NCBI GenBank assembly: GCA_965203055.1
Contig: OZ241863.1
Location: 2,185,313 to 2,249,312, forward strand
Length of the DNA stretch: 64,000 nucleotides
Reading direction: 5' to 3'
From: Spirochaetia bacterium
GTDB taxonomy: Bacteria > Spirochaetota > Spirochaetia > SZUA-6 > Bin103
Below the pieces are notes generated by a model that worked only from the letters and a program-made list of their open reading frames with translations, had not been told where the DNA came from and made no database searches. Below are positions 10,157 through 19,923 of this stretch, piece by piece (position 1 is the stretch's first letter; the number at the start of each line of letters is the position of its first letter). The translations under genes and the position numbers were made by a program.

Positions 10157-11449
10157 ATGATTCGCGCTTGGCTCCTCGATTATCGACCCCTCGGCCAGTC
10201 TCTTGCAAGCGCCGCCGCGGCCGCCGCCGCTACCCTGCCGCAGCACTTCACCCGGCTCGCGCCGCCGGGCGACGGGCGGTGCGAGTGGGCGCTGCTCACC
10301 ACCTGCCACCGCTGCGAAGTGTACACCTTCCAGGCGCGCGGGGAGGCGGTGCAGGCCCTGTTGCGGGCGCACCTCCCATCCGCCGCGGCGCAAGCCTCGG
10401 TGGTGCGCTGCGGCTCCGCGGCGGCGCGCCACCTGATGCGCGTCGCCGCGGGCCTGGACTCGATGCTGCTCGGCGAGACCGACGTCCAGCACCAGGTGGT
10501 CGGGGCGCTGGCTCAGGCGGCGCAGGCGGGCGGCGCAGGCCCGGTGCTGGACGCCCTGTTTCGCGCCGCCATTCACGCCGGCAAGCGGGTGCGGACGGCC
10601 ACCGCGATCGGCCGCCACGCCACCTCCCTGGCGCCGGCGGCGGTCGATCTGGTGGCGACGCGGCTGGGCTCGATCAGGCAGGCGCAGGCCCTCGTGTTCG
10701 GCGCCGGCGCCATGGCGCAACGCGCCTGCGAGCGCCTGCGGGCGCTCGGCGTCGGCGGGCTGACCGTCGCCAACCGCACCCTTGCCCGCGCCCAGGAGCT
10801 GGCGCGCGCCTGCGGCGGCCGCGCCGTGCCGTGGGAAGGCGGCCTCACGGCGCTGGGCGCGGCCGACGTCGCCATTGCCGCCACCGCGGCCCCGGAACCG
10901 TTCATCGACAGCCGGATGCTGCGCGCGGCGACCGGCGCCCGGCCGCGGCGCCCGCTGCATCTGGTCGATCTGGCGCTGCCCCGCAACGTGCAACGGGACG
11001 CCGCTGCGCCGGCCGCGGTCCGCTACTACGACTTCGCCGATCTGGTGGAGGCCACGCGCGCCAGCCATGCGGCGCGCGCCGCGGAAGTGCCGCGCGCCGA
11101 AGCGGTCATCGACCAGGAGTTGGCGCGCTTCCGAGACTGGTTGCAGCACCGCGCCATTGCGCCTACCCTGCGCCTGCTCGGCGAACTCGGCAGCGCCGCC
11201 CGCGATGCCGAGTTGGAACGGGCCTGGCGGCGGCTGCCGGAACTTTCCGCCCGCGAGCGGCGGGTGGTCGAGTCACTGGCCCACAACGTGGCGCGGCGGC
11301 TCCTGCGCCGGCCGCTGCAGCGGCTGCGGGCGGCGGCCGGCAGCGCGCAGGCGGAACACTATCGGGCGGTGGTGGAGCACCTGTTCGCCGGCCCCGAATC
11401 CGTCGGCCGCCGCGGCGCCGGCTTGGCGCCGGACGATTCCACTACCTGA
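10157..11449 (+). CDS. hemA: Glutamyl-tRNA reductase
   Basis: ...ALLTTCHRCEVY... (the LSTCNRTEIY equivalent), ...LGETDVQHQV..., NAD-binding GAGAMAQRACERL. 430 aa. Confidence 0.85.
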   Translation: MIRAWLLDYRPLGQSLASAAAAAAATLPQHFTRLAPPGDGRCEWALLTTCHRCEVYTFQARGEAVQALLRAHLPSAAAQASVVRCGSAAARHLMRVAAGLDSMLLGETDVQHQVVGALAQAAQAGGAGPVLDALFRAAIHAGKRVRTATAIGRHATSLAPAAVDLVATRLGSIRQAQALVFGAGAMAQRACERLRALGVGGLTVANRTLARAQELARACGGRAVPWEGGLTALGAADVAIAATAAPEPFIDSRMLRAATGARPRRPLHLVDLALPRNVQRDAAAPAAVRYYDFADLVEATRASHAARAAEVPRAEAVIDQELARFRDWLQHRAIAPTLRLLGELGSAARDAELERAWRRLPELSARERRVVESLAHNVARRLLRRPLQRLRAAAGSAQAEHYRAVVEHLFAGPESVGRRGAGLAPDDSTT

Positions 11450-11464
11450 TCCGGGAGCACATTC

Positions 11465-12169
11465 ATGGCCGCCAGCGAGTCACCGCGCCGCACCCCCCGC
11501 ACCCTCAGTCACTTCGCGCTGCTGCGCTTCACCGATGCCTACTGGCAACTCGACGCGGCCCGGCGCCGGCAGCATCGCCAGGCGCTGTGGGAGGGGTTGG
11601 CGGGGGTGGCGGACGCCGTGCATCTCTACCAGACGTTCCCCCTGCACGACAGCGCCGACCTGGTGGTCTGGAGCGCGCTGCAGGCGGCGGAGCCGGAGCG
11701 CGTCCATGACTACTTTCGCGATCTCGCGCAGCTCCTGGCGCCGCTGCGCCCGCTGCTGGAAGTGAAGCGGCCGCTGTGGGGCTTCACGCGTCCCTCGACC
11801 TATACCAGGAGCCGCTCCACGCAGGAGATCGATCCCTTCAGCGCGGCCCGCAAGCGCTTCCTGATCGTCTATCCGTTCGTCAAGACCAGCGCCTGGTACG
11901 CGTTGAGCCGCGATACCCGGCAAGGGATGATGAACGGCCACATCCGGGTTGGGAAGGAGTACCCCGACGTTACCCAGTTGCTGCTCTATTCGGTGGGGGT
12001 GCAGGATCAGGAGTTCGTCGTGGTCTACGAGACCGATGACCTGACGCGGTTCTCCGATCTGGTGAACCAGTTGCGCAGCACCGAGGCGCGCGCCTACACC
12101 GAGCGCGACACGCCGCTGACCTGCGCGCTCCACCACCCCACGGCGAGCGCGCTCGAGTTGTTCGCGTGA
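11465..12169 (+). CDS. chdC: Coproheme decarboxylase / hydrogen-peroxide-dependent heme synthase (chlorite-dismutase-like, HemQ)
   Basis: ...KRFLIVYPFVKTSAWYALSRDTRQGMMNGHIRVGKEYPDVTQLLLYSVGVQDQEFVVVYETDDLTRFSDLVNQLRSTEARAY... matches the HemQ/ChdC family pattern. Confidence 0.8.
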   Translation: MAASESPRRTPRTLSHFALLRFTDAYWQLDAARRRQHRQALWEGLAGVADAVHLYQTFPLHDSADLVVWSALQAAEPERVHDYFRDLAQLLAPLRPLLEVKRPLWGFTRPSTYTRSRSTQEIDPFSAARKRFLIVYPFVKTSAWYALSRDTRQGMMNGHIRVGKEYPDVTQLLLYSVGVQDQEFVVVYETDDLTRFSDLVNQLRSTEARAYTERDTPLTCALHHPTASALELFA

Positions 12170-12188
12170 GCGCCGCCGGCGGGCGCGG

Positions 12189-13259
12189 GTGAGCGCCGTT
12201 CCGCTGCTCGCCGCCTGCCGCCGGCAGGCGGTGGCGCGCGTGCCGATCTGGCTGATGCGGCAGGCGGGACGCTACCTGCCGGAGTACCGCGAACTGCGCT
12301 CCCGGCATGGCATGCTGGAGCTGATCGGCAGCCCGGAGCTGGCCGCCAGGGTGACCTTGCAGCCGTTGCGGCGCTTCGACCTGGACGCGGCAATCATCTT
12401 CGCCGACATCCTGCCTCCGCTCATGGGCATGGGACTGGAACTGTCGTTCGGGCGCGGCGCCGGTCCCGCGATTCACAACCCGATTCGCGCGCCGGCCGAC
12501 GTGGACGCGCTGCGGGTGCCCGATCCGCACCGGCACGCGGCGGCGACGTTGCGCGCCCTGCAACTGGTGCGCGGCGAGCTGCCGCCGGCGGTAGCTCTGA
12601 TCGGCTTCGCCGGCGCTCCGTTCACCCTCGCGACCTACGCCATCGAGGGCGGCGCCTCGCGCCAGTTCACCCTCACCAAGCGGATGATGTTCGAGCAGCC
12701 GGCGGCGTGGCATGCGCTGATGACCAAGCTGGCGCGGATGGTGACCGAGTATCTGGCCGCCCAGGCCGCGGCCGGGGCGCAGGTGCTGCAGCTCTTCGAT
12801 AGCTGGGCGGGGGCGCTGAGCGCCGCCGACTACCGCGAGCACGTGCTGCCCTACGTGCAACAGATCGGCGCCGGCCTGCAGGCCGCGGGGGCGCCGTTGA
12901 TCTACTTCAGCACCGGCACCACCGGCCTGCTGCACCTGCTGGCCGGGCTGCGGTGCGCGGTCCTGAGCGTGGACTGGCGCGCCGACCTGGCCGCGGTGCG
13001 GCGCCTGCTGCCGGACGCCATGGCGCTGCAGGGCAACCTGGAGCCGGCGCTGTTGTTCGCGCCGCCGGAGGTGTTGGAGCGGCGCGCGCGCGCCATCCTC
13101 GCCGCGGCGGCGGCCACGCCGGGGTTCATCTTCAACCTCGGTCACGGCGTCCTGCCCCAGACCCCGCCCGCCGCGGTCGCGCGGCTGGTCGAGCTCGTCC
13201 ACGGCTTCCCGCTGCCGGCCGCGGCCGCCGGCGCCGCGCCGCGAGGGGCGGGCGCATGA
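12189..13259 (+). CDS. hemE: Uroporphyrinogen decarboxylase
   Basis: ...VPIWLMRQAGRYLPEYRELR... is the HemE N-terminal signature. GTG start. Confidence 0.9.
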   Translation: MSAVPLLAACRRQAVARVPIWLMRQAGRYLPEYRELRSRHGMLELIGSPELAARVTLQPLRRFDLDAAIIFADILPPLMGMGLELSFGRGAGPAIHNPIRAPADVDALRVPDPHRHAAATLRALQLVRGELPPAVALIGFAGAPFTLATYAIEGGASRQFTLTKRMMFEQPAAWHALMTKLARMVTEYLAAQAAAGAQVLQLFDSWAGALSAADYREHVLPYVQQIGAGLQAAGAPLIYFSTGTTGLLHLLAGLRCAVLSVDWRADLAAVRRLLPDAMALQGNLEPALLFAPPEVLERRARAILAAAAATPGFIFNLGHGVLPQTPPAAVARLVELVHGFPLPAAAAGAAPRGAGA

Positions 13260-14185
13260 GCCTGCTCGGGGTATTGGTGATGGCCTACGGCGGTCCCGAC
13301 TCGCTCGCTGACGTGCCCGCCTACCTGCAGGACATTCGCGGCGGCCGGCCGACCCCGCCTGCCCTGGTAGCGGAGGTTCGGGAGCGCTACCGCAGGATCG
13401 GCGGCCGCTCGCCCCTGCGCGCCGCCACCGAGCGGCAGGCCGCGGCCCTGGGTCAGGCCTTGCGCGAGCGCGGCGTCGAGGCGGTGGTGGCGGTGGGGAT
13501 GCGGCACTGGCAGCCGCGCATTGCCGCGGCGGTCGGCCGGCTGGCCGAGCAGGGCGTAACCCGGGCGGTCGGGGTGGCGCTGGCGCCGCACTATTCCCGG
13601 CGCAGCGTCGGCGCCTACCAGGAGCAGGTCCGCGCCGCGGCGGCCGGGCTGCCGGCGGCGCCGCGCTTCGCCTTCGTCTCCCACTTCGGCGACCACCCGC
13701 GCTTCATTGCCGCGGTAGCGCGCGGCCTGCTGCAGGTGCGGGCGGCGCTGCGCGATCCGGCTCGCGCCCGGGTGCTGTTCTCCGCCCACAGCCTGCCGGC
13801 CGCGTGGGTAGCGGGCGGCGACCCCTACCCCGCGCAGCTGCGCGCTTCGGCGGCCGCGGCGGCGGCGCGCGCCGGCCTGCAGCCATGGCAGTGGCGGCAG
13901 TGCTTCCAGTCGGCCGGAGCGCGCCCCGGGGCGTGGCTGGGGCCGTCGCTGGAGGAGGAGCTGCGCGCCGCGGCCGGCGCCGGCGTACGTGAGGTGACCG
14001 TGGCGCCGTTCGGCTTCGTGGCCGACCACGTCGAGATCCTGTTCGACATCGACCTCGAGCTGCGCGCGCTCGGCGAATCGCTTGGGGTACGGGTGACGCG
14101 TACCCCGGCGCTCGGCAGCGACCCGGAGCTGATCGCAGCGCTGGCCGACCGGGTGCAGGAGGCCGCGGCTGCGGGCCTGCGGTGA
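13256..14185 (+). CDS. cpfC: Ferrochelatase (coproporphyrin ferrochelatase type)
   Basis: MSLLGVLVMAYGGPDSLADVPAYLQDIRGG... ferrochelatase N-terminus and ...FSAHSLP.... The start ATG overlaps the hemE stop (ATGA) and lies in frame inside the longer ORF 12953..14185. Confidence 0.85.
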   Translation: MSLLGVLVMAYGGPDSLADVPAYLQDIRGGRPTPPALVAEVRERYRRIGGRSPLRAATERQAAALGQALRERGVEAVVAVGMRHWQPRIAAAVGRLAEQGVTRAVGVALAPHYSRRSVGAYQEQVRAAAAGLPAAPRFAFVSHFGDHPRFIAAVARGLLQVRAALRDPARARVLFSAHSLPAAWVAGGDPYPAQLRASAAAAAARAGLQPWQWRQCFQSAGARPGAWLGPSLEEELRAAAGAGVREVTVAPFGFVADHVEILFDIDLELRALGESLGVRVTRTPALGSDPELIAALADRVQEAAAAGLR

Positions 14186-14216
14186 CGGACCTGGGGGCCG
14201 GCGGCGCGCGCGGGTA

Positions 14217-15617
14217 GTGGTGGTGGGCGCCGGCATCACCGGTCTGGCCACCGCCTATTACCTGCAGCGCAGCGCCGCGGCCGAACAGTGCGAGGTGGCG
14301 GTGCTGGAGGCCGCGCCGCGGCCCGGCGGCAAGTTGCGCACCGAACGCCGCGACGGCTTTCTGCTGGAGGCCGGTCCCGACTCGTTCCTGACCGGCAAGC
14401 CGGACGCGGTCGAGCTGTGCCGCGAGCTGGGCCTTGCGCCCTCCCTGATCGCGCAGTCGCAGCCGCGCGCCGCCTTCGTGCTGCGCCGCGGCCGGCTGGT
14501 GCCGATCCCGCCCGGCATGCGGCTGGTCCACCCGACCCGGCCGTGGGCGCTGCTGCGTTCTCCGCTGCTGTCGCCGGGCGGGCGGATTCGGGCGTTGGCC
14601 CACCCCCTGGTGCCGCCGCGGCGCGGCGCCGGAGATGAGAGCGTCGGCGCCTTCGTGCAGCGCCGCTACGGGGCGGAGCTGCTGCGCGTGCTCGGCGAGC
14701 CGCTGTTGGCCGGCATCCATCTGGCCGACCCCTGGCGGCTCAGTTTGGCGGCCACCTTCCCGGCGCTGCGCAGCGCCGGGCGCCGGCCGGCCGCGCCGCC
14801 GCCGACCCCGCCGCCGGGCCCGCCGGAACTGGCGCACCTGCGCGGCAGCCCGTTCGCGAGCCTCACCGGCGGCATGGAGCAACTCGCCGGCGCGCTGGCG
14901 GCGCGGCTGGGCAAGTCGCTGCGCACCGGCGCCGCGGCGGCGGCCATCGATCGCGCGCCGCGCGGCTACCGCGTGCGCCTGCGGGCGCCGGCCAGGCGCG
15001 CCGCGGGCGAGGAGCTTGCCGCCGCGGCGGTGGTGGTCACCACGCCGGCGGCCGCCGCGGCGCCGCTGGTGAGGCGCGTCAACCCACCGCTGGCGCAGCT
15101 TCTCGCCGCCGCCGAGGCCGCCTCTTCGGCCATCGTCACGCTCGGCTACCGCGACCCGCGCGTTGCGCTGCCGCGGCCCGGCTCCGGGTTCGTGGTGCCG
15201 CGCGGCGAAGGCAGCCGCCTGTTGGCCTGCACCTGGAGCTCCGGCAAGTGGGCCGGGCGCGCTCCGGCGGGCGGCGTCCTGGTACGGGGGTTCGTCGGCG
15301 GCTGGCGCCAGCCGGAACTGCCGGCGCGCACCGACGCCGAGCTGATCGCGCTGGTCGAGGCCGAGCTCGGCGCCATCCTGGGCGGCGGCTTCGCCCACGC
15401 CCGCCGGCCGGCCGTCAGCGGCGTGCAGCGCTGGCCGGGCGGCACCCCGCTGTATCGCGTCGGCCATCACCGGTGGCTGGCCCAGGTGCGGGCGGCCGGC
15501 GCCGCCACGCCCGGCCTGTGGCTCGCCGGCGCGGCCTACGACGGCGCCGGCATCCCCGACTGCATCCGCCAGGCCCGCGCCGCCGCCGGCGCCGTAGCCG
15601 CCTTCCTCACCGCATGA
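14217..15617 (+). CDS. cgoX: Coproporphyrinogen/protoporphyrinogen oxidase (HemY-type FAD oxidase)
   Basis: N-terminal FAD motif VVGAGITGLATAYYL, ...GGKLRT...GFLLEAGPDSF..., 466 aa. Its position after the ferrochelatase fits the coproporphyrin-dependent branch. Confidence 0.8.
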   Translation: MVVGAGITGLATAYYLQRSAAAEQCEVAVLEAAPRPGGKLRTERRDGFLLEAGPDSFLTGKPDAVELCRELGLAPSLIAQSQPRAAFVLRRGRLVPIPPGMRLVHPTRPWALLRSPLLSPGGRIRALAHPLVPPRRGAGDESVGAFVQRRYGAELLRVLGEPLLAGIHLADPWRLSLAATFPALRSAGRRPAAPPPTPPPGPPELAHLRGSPFASLTGGMEQLAGALAARLGKSLRTGAAAAAIDRAPRGYRVRLRAPARRAAGEELAAAAVVVTTPAAAAAPLVRRVNPPLAQLLAAAEAASSAIVTLGYRDPRVALPRPGSGFVVPRGEGSRLLACTWSSGKWAGRAPAGGVLVRGFVGGWRQPELPARTDAELIALVEAELGAILGGGFAHARRPAVSGVQRWPGGTPLYRVGHHRWLAQVRAAGAATPGLWLAGAAYDGAGIPDCIRQARAAAGAVAAFLTA

Positions 15618-15630
15618 ACCGATTCGGCCT

Positions 15631-16359
15631 TCAGGGCACCAGCTCGGCGATCGCCCGGACGATGCGGTCGGGGCGTACCGCGGCCTGCGCCGGCAAGCCC
15701 TCGGCGCGGCTGTCCACCCATACCGTGCGCAGGCCGACGGCCTGGCCGCCGGCTATGTCCTTGGCCAAGTCATCGCCGACCATCCAGGCGTGCTCCGGCG
15801 GCGCGCGGAGCGCCGCCAGGGCGTGCTCGAACACCTCCGGCGACGGCTTGCCGATCCCGAACTCCCCCTCCACCACTACCACGTCGAAGCGCGGCGCCAG
15901 TTGCACCTGTTCGATCTTGGCGCGCTGACCGGCCGCCTCGCCGTTGGTGACCAGCGCCAGCGCCACCCCCCGGCGGCGCAGCTCGGCGAGCGTTTCCAGG
16001 GCGCCGGCGAACGGCTGCAGCGCCTCGATGCGGGCCTGCACCACGAATGGGCCAACCCAGCGCGAAATGCCGTCGTCGCGCAGCGCGAGCTGCCGCAGGG
16101 CGCGGCGGGCGATGCGGGAGCGCGCCTCGGCCTGTTGGAGGCGGCCCCAGTCGGCCCGCTCAGGGTCCTGCCAATACCAGCGGTCGGCGGTCAGAAACGC
16201 CTGCCGGAGCCGGCCCCGGTCCAGCCCGCGGGTGCGCGCCAGTTCGGCCGCCGCCCGCTCCCAGGCGGCGCGCGACGCGCGGTGGGTATCGACGACCGTG
16301 TCGTCCATGTCGAACAGGATGGCGGCGGGGAGCGCGGCGCCGGCGGCAGCATGATCCAC
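15631..16359 (-). CDS. HAD-superfamily hydrolase
   Basis: Motif I ILFDMDDTVVDT, then ...LALVTNGE..., then ...MVGDDLAKDIAGGQAVG... . The start is uncertain: the ORF runs to 16548, but that would overlap the CBS gene start at 16515. I placed it at the GTG at 16359, about 20 aa before motif I. Confidence 0.7.
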   Translation of the reverse strand: MDHAAAGAALPAAILFDMDDTVVDTHRASRAAWERAAAELARTRGLDRGRLRQAFLTADRWYWQDPERADWGRLQQAEARSRIARRALRQLALRDDGISRWVGPFVVQARIEALQPFAGALETLAELRRRGVALALVTNGEAAGQRAKIEQVQLAPRFDVVVVEGEFGIGKPSPEVFEHALAALRAPPEHAWMVGDDLAKDIAGGQAVGLRTVWVDSRAEGLPAQAAVRPDRIVRAIAELVP

Positions 16360-16514
16360 GCTGCCACGGTAGGCCACGACGGCGCCCTGTTCAACGGCCC
16401 GCGGCGCCGCCGCGCGCCGCGCGGTTGATCTTTCGCATGGTTGCGGCGACAATAGGGTTCTGAGAGAGCGCAGCTTGCCGGTCGCCGGTTGCAGCCCCGA
16501 GGAAACGAGAGCGC

Positions 16515-16982
16515 ATGACCATCTACCGTGAATTGCAACTTCAACCAATCAGCTCCGTCGCGCTGGAGACGGCGTTGACCGTCAGCAGCGACACCGCCGC
16601 CGGCGAGGTGGTGGCCGCCATGCGGGCCGCGCGGAGCAGTCACGCGCTGGTGCTGGACGGCGGGCGCTTGGCGGGTATCTTCACCTACCGCGATCTGCTG
16701 GTACGGGCGGTGACCCCCGACGGTCTGCCGGCCGCGCCGGTGCGCCAATTCATGACGCCCGACCCGACCACGCTGCCCGCCGCGGCGCCGCTGAGCGAGG
16801 CGATCGAACCGATGGCCGCGGGCGGCTACCGCCACCTCCCGGTCGCCGACGGCGCGGGCGGCTACCTCGGGGTCCTTACCAGCCACAACCTGTTCCAGTT
16901 TCTCGCCGAGCTGTTGCCCGACCGCATCCTCAATCTGCCGCCGCGGCCGCACCAGACGCTGCGCGTGCCGGACGGCGCGTGA
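16515..16982 (+). CDS. CBS-domain-containing protein
   Basis: 155 aa with two CBS-like repeats (...HALVLDGGRLAGIFTYRDLL... and ...HLPVADGAGGYLGVLTSHNLF...). RBS GAGGAAACGAGAGCGC precedes the ATG. Confidence 0.75.
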   Translation: MTIYRELQLQPISSVALETALTVSSDTAAGEVVAAMRAARSSHALVLDGGRLAGIFTYRDLLVRAVTPDGLPAAPVRQFMTPDPTTLPAAAPLSEAIEPMAAGGYRHLPVADGAGGYLGVLTSHNLFQFLAELLPDRILNLPPRPHQTLRVPDGA

Positions 16983-18862
16983 TGGCGGACAGCGGCCGAC
17001 CGGCGCGCGGCGGCACCCTCGACCGCTCCGAGCTGGACCGGGTAACGGTGCGCTTCGCCGGCGACTCCGGGGACGGCCTGCAAGTGGTCGGGGCGCAGTT
17101 GACCAACGTCTCGGCGGCGTTCGGCAACGATCTGTCGACCCTGCCCGACTACCCGGCGGAAATCCGCGCTCCGGCGGGGACCTTGCCGGGGGTGAGCGCG
17201 TTTCAGATCAGCTTCGCCAGCGAGGACATTCACACCCCCGGCGACGCCCCGGACGTGCTGGTGGCGCTCAATCCGGCGGCGCTCAAGGCCAACCTGCCGG
17301 ACATTCCCAGCGGCGGCACCCTGATCATCAACGAGGACGCCTTCACTGCCCAGGGTCTCAACAAGGCGGGCTACGACGGCAACCCGCTCGACGACGCCTC
17401 CCTGAGCAGCTACCGCGTGATCAGGCTGCCGATCACCTCGCAGAACGAGAAGGCGCTCGACCACCTCGGTCTGAGCCCGCGCCAGGCCGGGCGTTCCAAG
17501 AACTTCTACGCGCTCGGCATCATCTATTGGCTCTACGATCGTCCCGCGGAGCCCACCCTGCGCTGGTTCGAGCAGAAGTGGGGTTCGCGCCCGCAGGTGG
17601 TCGCCGCCAACAGCGCGGCGCTGAAGGCCGGCTACTCGTTCGCCGATACCACCGAACTGTTCACCTCCGCGTACCGCGTGCCGCCGGCCGCGCTCCCGCC
17701 CGGCACCTACCGCAACATCACCGGCAATCAGGCCACGGCGCTCGGCTTCATAACCGCGGCCCATCTCGCCGGCCGGCCATTGTTCTACGCCAGCTACCCG
17801 ATCACCCCGGCCAGCACGGTGCTGCATGAGCTGGCGCACCACCGCAACCTGGGCATCGTCACCTTCCAGGCGGAGGACGAAATCGCGGCGATCGGCGCGG
17901 CCATCGGGGCCGCGTTCGGCGGGTCGCTGGCGTTGACCGGTACCAGCGGTCCGGGGCTGGCGTTGAAGAGCGAGGCGCTGGGGCTGGCGGTGGTGGTGGA
18001 GCTGCCGCTGGTGGTGATCGACGTGCAGCGCGCCGGCCCCTCCACCGGCATGCCCACCAAGACCGAGCAGGCGGATCTGCTGCAGGCCATGTTCGGCCGC
18101 AACGGCGAGGCGCCGGTGGCCGTCGTCGCCCCGGCCACGCCCGGCGACTGCTTCGCCATGGCACTGGAGGCATTCCGCATCGCGGTCACCCACATGACCC
18201 CGGTGCTGTATCTCTCCGACGGCTACCTGGCGAACGGCTCCGAGCCGTGGCGCATCCCGGCGCTGGATGACCTGCCGTCGATACCGGTGCGGTTCCACAC
18301 CGACCCGGCGGGGTTCCAGCCCTACGCGCGCGACCCGCGCACCCTGGCCCGCCCGTGGGCGATTCCCGGCAGCGCGGGACTGGAGCACCGGGTCGGGGGG
18401 CTGGCGAAGGAGGACGTCACCGGCGACGTCAGCTACGACCCGGAGAACAACGAACGCATGGTGCGGCTGCGGGCGCGCAAGATCGCCGGCATCGCGGCCG
18501 GCATTCCGCCGGTGGAGGTGCGCGGCCCGGACCGCGGCCGGCTGCTGGTGCTCGGCTGGGGCAGCACCAGCGGCGCCATCACCACCGCCTGCGAAAAGCT
18601 GCGCGAGCAGGGCGTGGCGGTGTCCAACGCCCACCTGCGACACCTGAATCCGTTTCCGTCCAACCTGGGCGCGGTGCTGCAACGGTTCGAGCAGGTGCTG
18701 ATCCCGGAGTTGAACCTGGGCCAGCTTCGCATGCTCATCGCCGACGCCTATGGCGTCAATGCCCGGCGCCTCTCCAAGCTGCAGGGCAAGCCGTTCCTGG
18801 TGCGCGAGGTGCAGGCCGCCATCGTCGAGGAACTGGCGAGGATCGACCATCATGCCAACTGA
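16979..18862 (+). CDS. korA: 2-oxoglutarate:ferredoxin oxidoreductase alpha subunit (2-oxoacid:acceptor oxidoreductase, KorA)
   Basis: 627 aa; ...VRFAGDSGDGLQVVG..., ...ASYPITPASTVLHELA..., ...TGTSGPGLALKSEALGLAVVVELPLVVIDVQRAGPSTGMPTKTEQADL... are hallmark KorA/PorA motifs. Start overlaps the CBS gene stop. Confidence 0.85.
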   Translation: MMADSGRPARGGTLDRSELDRVTVRFAGDSGDGLQVVGAQLTNVSAAFGNDLSTLPDYPAEIRAPAGTLPGVSAFQISFASEDIHTPGDAPDVLVALNPAALKANLPDIPSGGTLIINEDAFTAQGLNKAGYDGNPLDDASLSSYRVIRLPITSQNEKALDHLGLSPRQAGRSKNFYALGIIYWLYDRPAEPTLRWFEQKWGSRPQVVAANSAALKAGYSFADTTELFTSAYRVPPAALPPGTYRNITGNQATALGFITAAHLAGRPLFYASYPITPASTVLHELAHHRNLGIVTFQAEDEIAAIGAAIGAAFGGSLALTGTSGPGLALKSEALGLAVVVELPLVVIDVQRAGPSTGMPTKTEQADLLQAMFGRNGEAPVAVVAPATPGDCFAMALEAFRIAVTHMTPVLYLSDGYLANGSEPWRIPALDDLPSIPVRFHTDPAGFQPYARDPRTLARPWAIPGSAGLEHRVGGLAKEDVTGDVSYDPENNERMVRLRARKIAGIAAGIPPVEVRGPDRGRLLVLGWGSTSGAITTACEKLREQGVAVSNAHLRHLNPFPSNLGAVLQRFEQVLIPELNLGQLRMLIADAYGVNARRLSKLQGKPFLVREVQAAIVEELARIDHHAN

Positions 18863-19898
18863 TACCGTAGCGACCGCTACCACGGCGGGGCCGGGCGCGG
18901 CGCGCCAGCCCCTGACGCGCAAGGACTTCGTCTCCGGCCAGGAGGTCCGCTGGTGCCCCGGGTGCGGCGACTACGCGATTCTGGCGCAGGCGCAACGGGT
19001 GCTGCCGGAGCTGGGCGTGCCGCGCGAGAACATCGTCTTCATCAGCGGCATCGGCTGCTCGAGCCGCTTCCCCTACTACATGGAAACCTACGGCTTCCAC
19101 TCGATCCACGGCCGCGCCGCCACCCTGGCGTCGGGGCTCAAGATCACCCGCCCGGAGCTGCTGGTGTTCGTCATTACCGGCGACGGTGACGGGCTGTCGA
19201 TCGGCGGCAACCACCTGATCCACGCGCTGCGGCGCAACATGGATCTGAACATCATCCTGTTCAACAATCGGATCTACGGCCTTACCAAAGGGCAATATTC
19301 ACCCACCAGCGAGGTGGGCAAGCAGACCGTCAGCTCGCCCGACGGGACCCTGGAGCTGCCGATCAGTCCGGCGCGCATCGCCCTGGCCGCGGAAGCGAGC
19401 TTCGTGGCGCGCACCGTGGCCACCGACACCAGGCATCTGACAGCGACCCTGGAGCGCGCGGCGCACCATCGCGGCGGCTGCTTCGTCGAGGTGTATCAGA
19501 ACTGCAACGTGTACAACGACGGCGCCTTCGACTACTTCGCCGAACGCAGCGTGCGGGCCGAGCAGAGCATCAACCTGGAACACGGCAAGCCGTTGATCTT
19601 CGGCAAGAACCGTGACAAGGGCATCCGGCTCGACGGTCTGCGGCCGGTGATCTGCGCCGCCGACCATCCCGACCTGTTGATTCACGACGAAAAGATTCCG
19701 AGCAACGTGCTGCCCTACGTGCTGGCCCACATGTCGCCGGCGGCCGGCGTGCCGCTGCCGCTCGGGGTGCTGCGTGCGGTGGACAAGCCCACCTACGAGG
19801 AGCGCATGGCCGGCCAGATCGAGGCCGCCCGGGAGCGGCAGGGCGACGGCGACGTGGCGGCGCTGCTGCGCGGCCCGGAGACCTGGACCATTGGCTGA
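18852..19898 (+). CDS. korB: 2-oxoglutarate:ferredoxin oxidoreductase beta subunit (TPP-binding, KorB)
   Basis: ...WCPGCGDYAIL..., ...ISGIGCSSRFP..., ...ITGDGDGLSIGGNHL... TPP-binding motifs. The start at the ATG at 18852 overlaps the korA stop by 11 nt; the ORF's upstream extension is judged non-coding. Confidence 0.85.
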   Translation: MPTDTVATATTAGPGAARQPLTRKDFVSGQEVRWCPGCGDYAILAQAQRVLPELGVPRENIVFISGIGCSSRFPYYMETYGFHSIHGRAATLASGLKITRPELLVFVITGDGDGLSIGGNHLIHALRRNMDLNIILFNNRIYGLTKGQYSPTSEVGKQTVSSPDGTLELPISPARIALAAEASFVARTVATDTRHLTATLERAAHHRGGCFVEVYQNCNVYNDGAFDYFAERSVRAEQSINLEHGKPLIFGKNRDKGIRLDGLRPVICAADHPDLLIHDEKIPSNVLPYVLAHMSPAAGVPLPLGVLRAVDKPTYEERMAGQIEAARERQGDGDVAALLRGPETWTIG

Positions 19899-19923
19899 CC
19901 GGACGGCCGCGGCCGCGGCGCTG

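Noticed and set aside
9989-11149. 386-aa - ORF and 539-aa + ORF 10090..11709 overlapping hemA
   Set aside because: hemA, in a different frame, carries the diagnostic motifs. These are GC-artefact ORFs.
11970-15470. Long - ORFs 11970..13202, 13142..14251 and 13704..15470 antisense to hemE, cpfC and cgoX
   Set aside because: Antisense to three genes with clear heme-enzyme signatures; their translations are highly repetitive (RRG, AGG, PRR).
16862-18922. 686-aa - ORF antisense to korA
   Set aside because: KorA on the + strand is unmistakable; the antisense translation is low-complexity.
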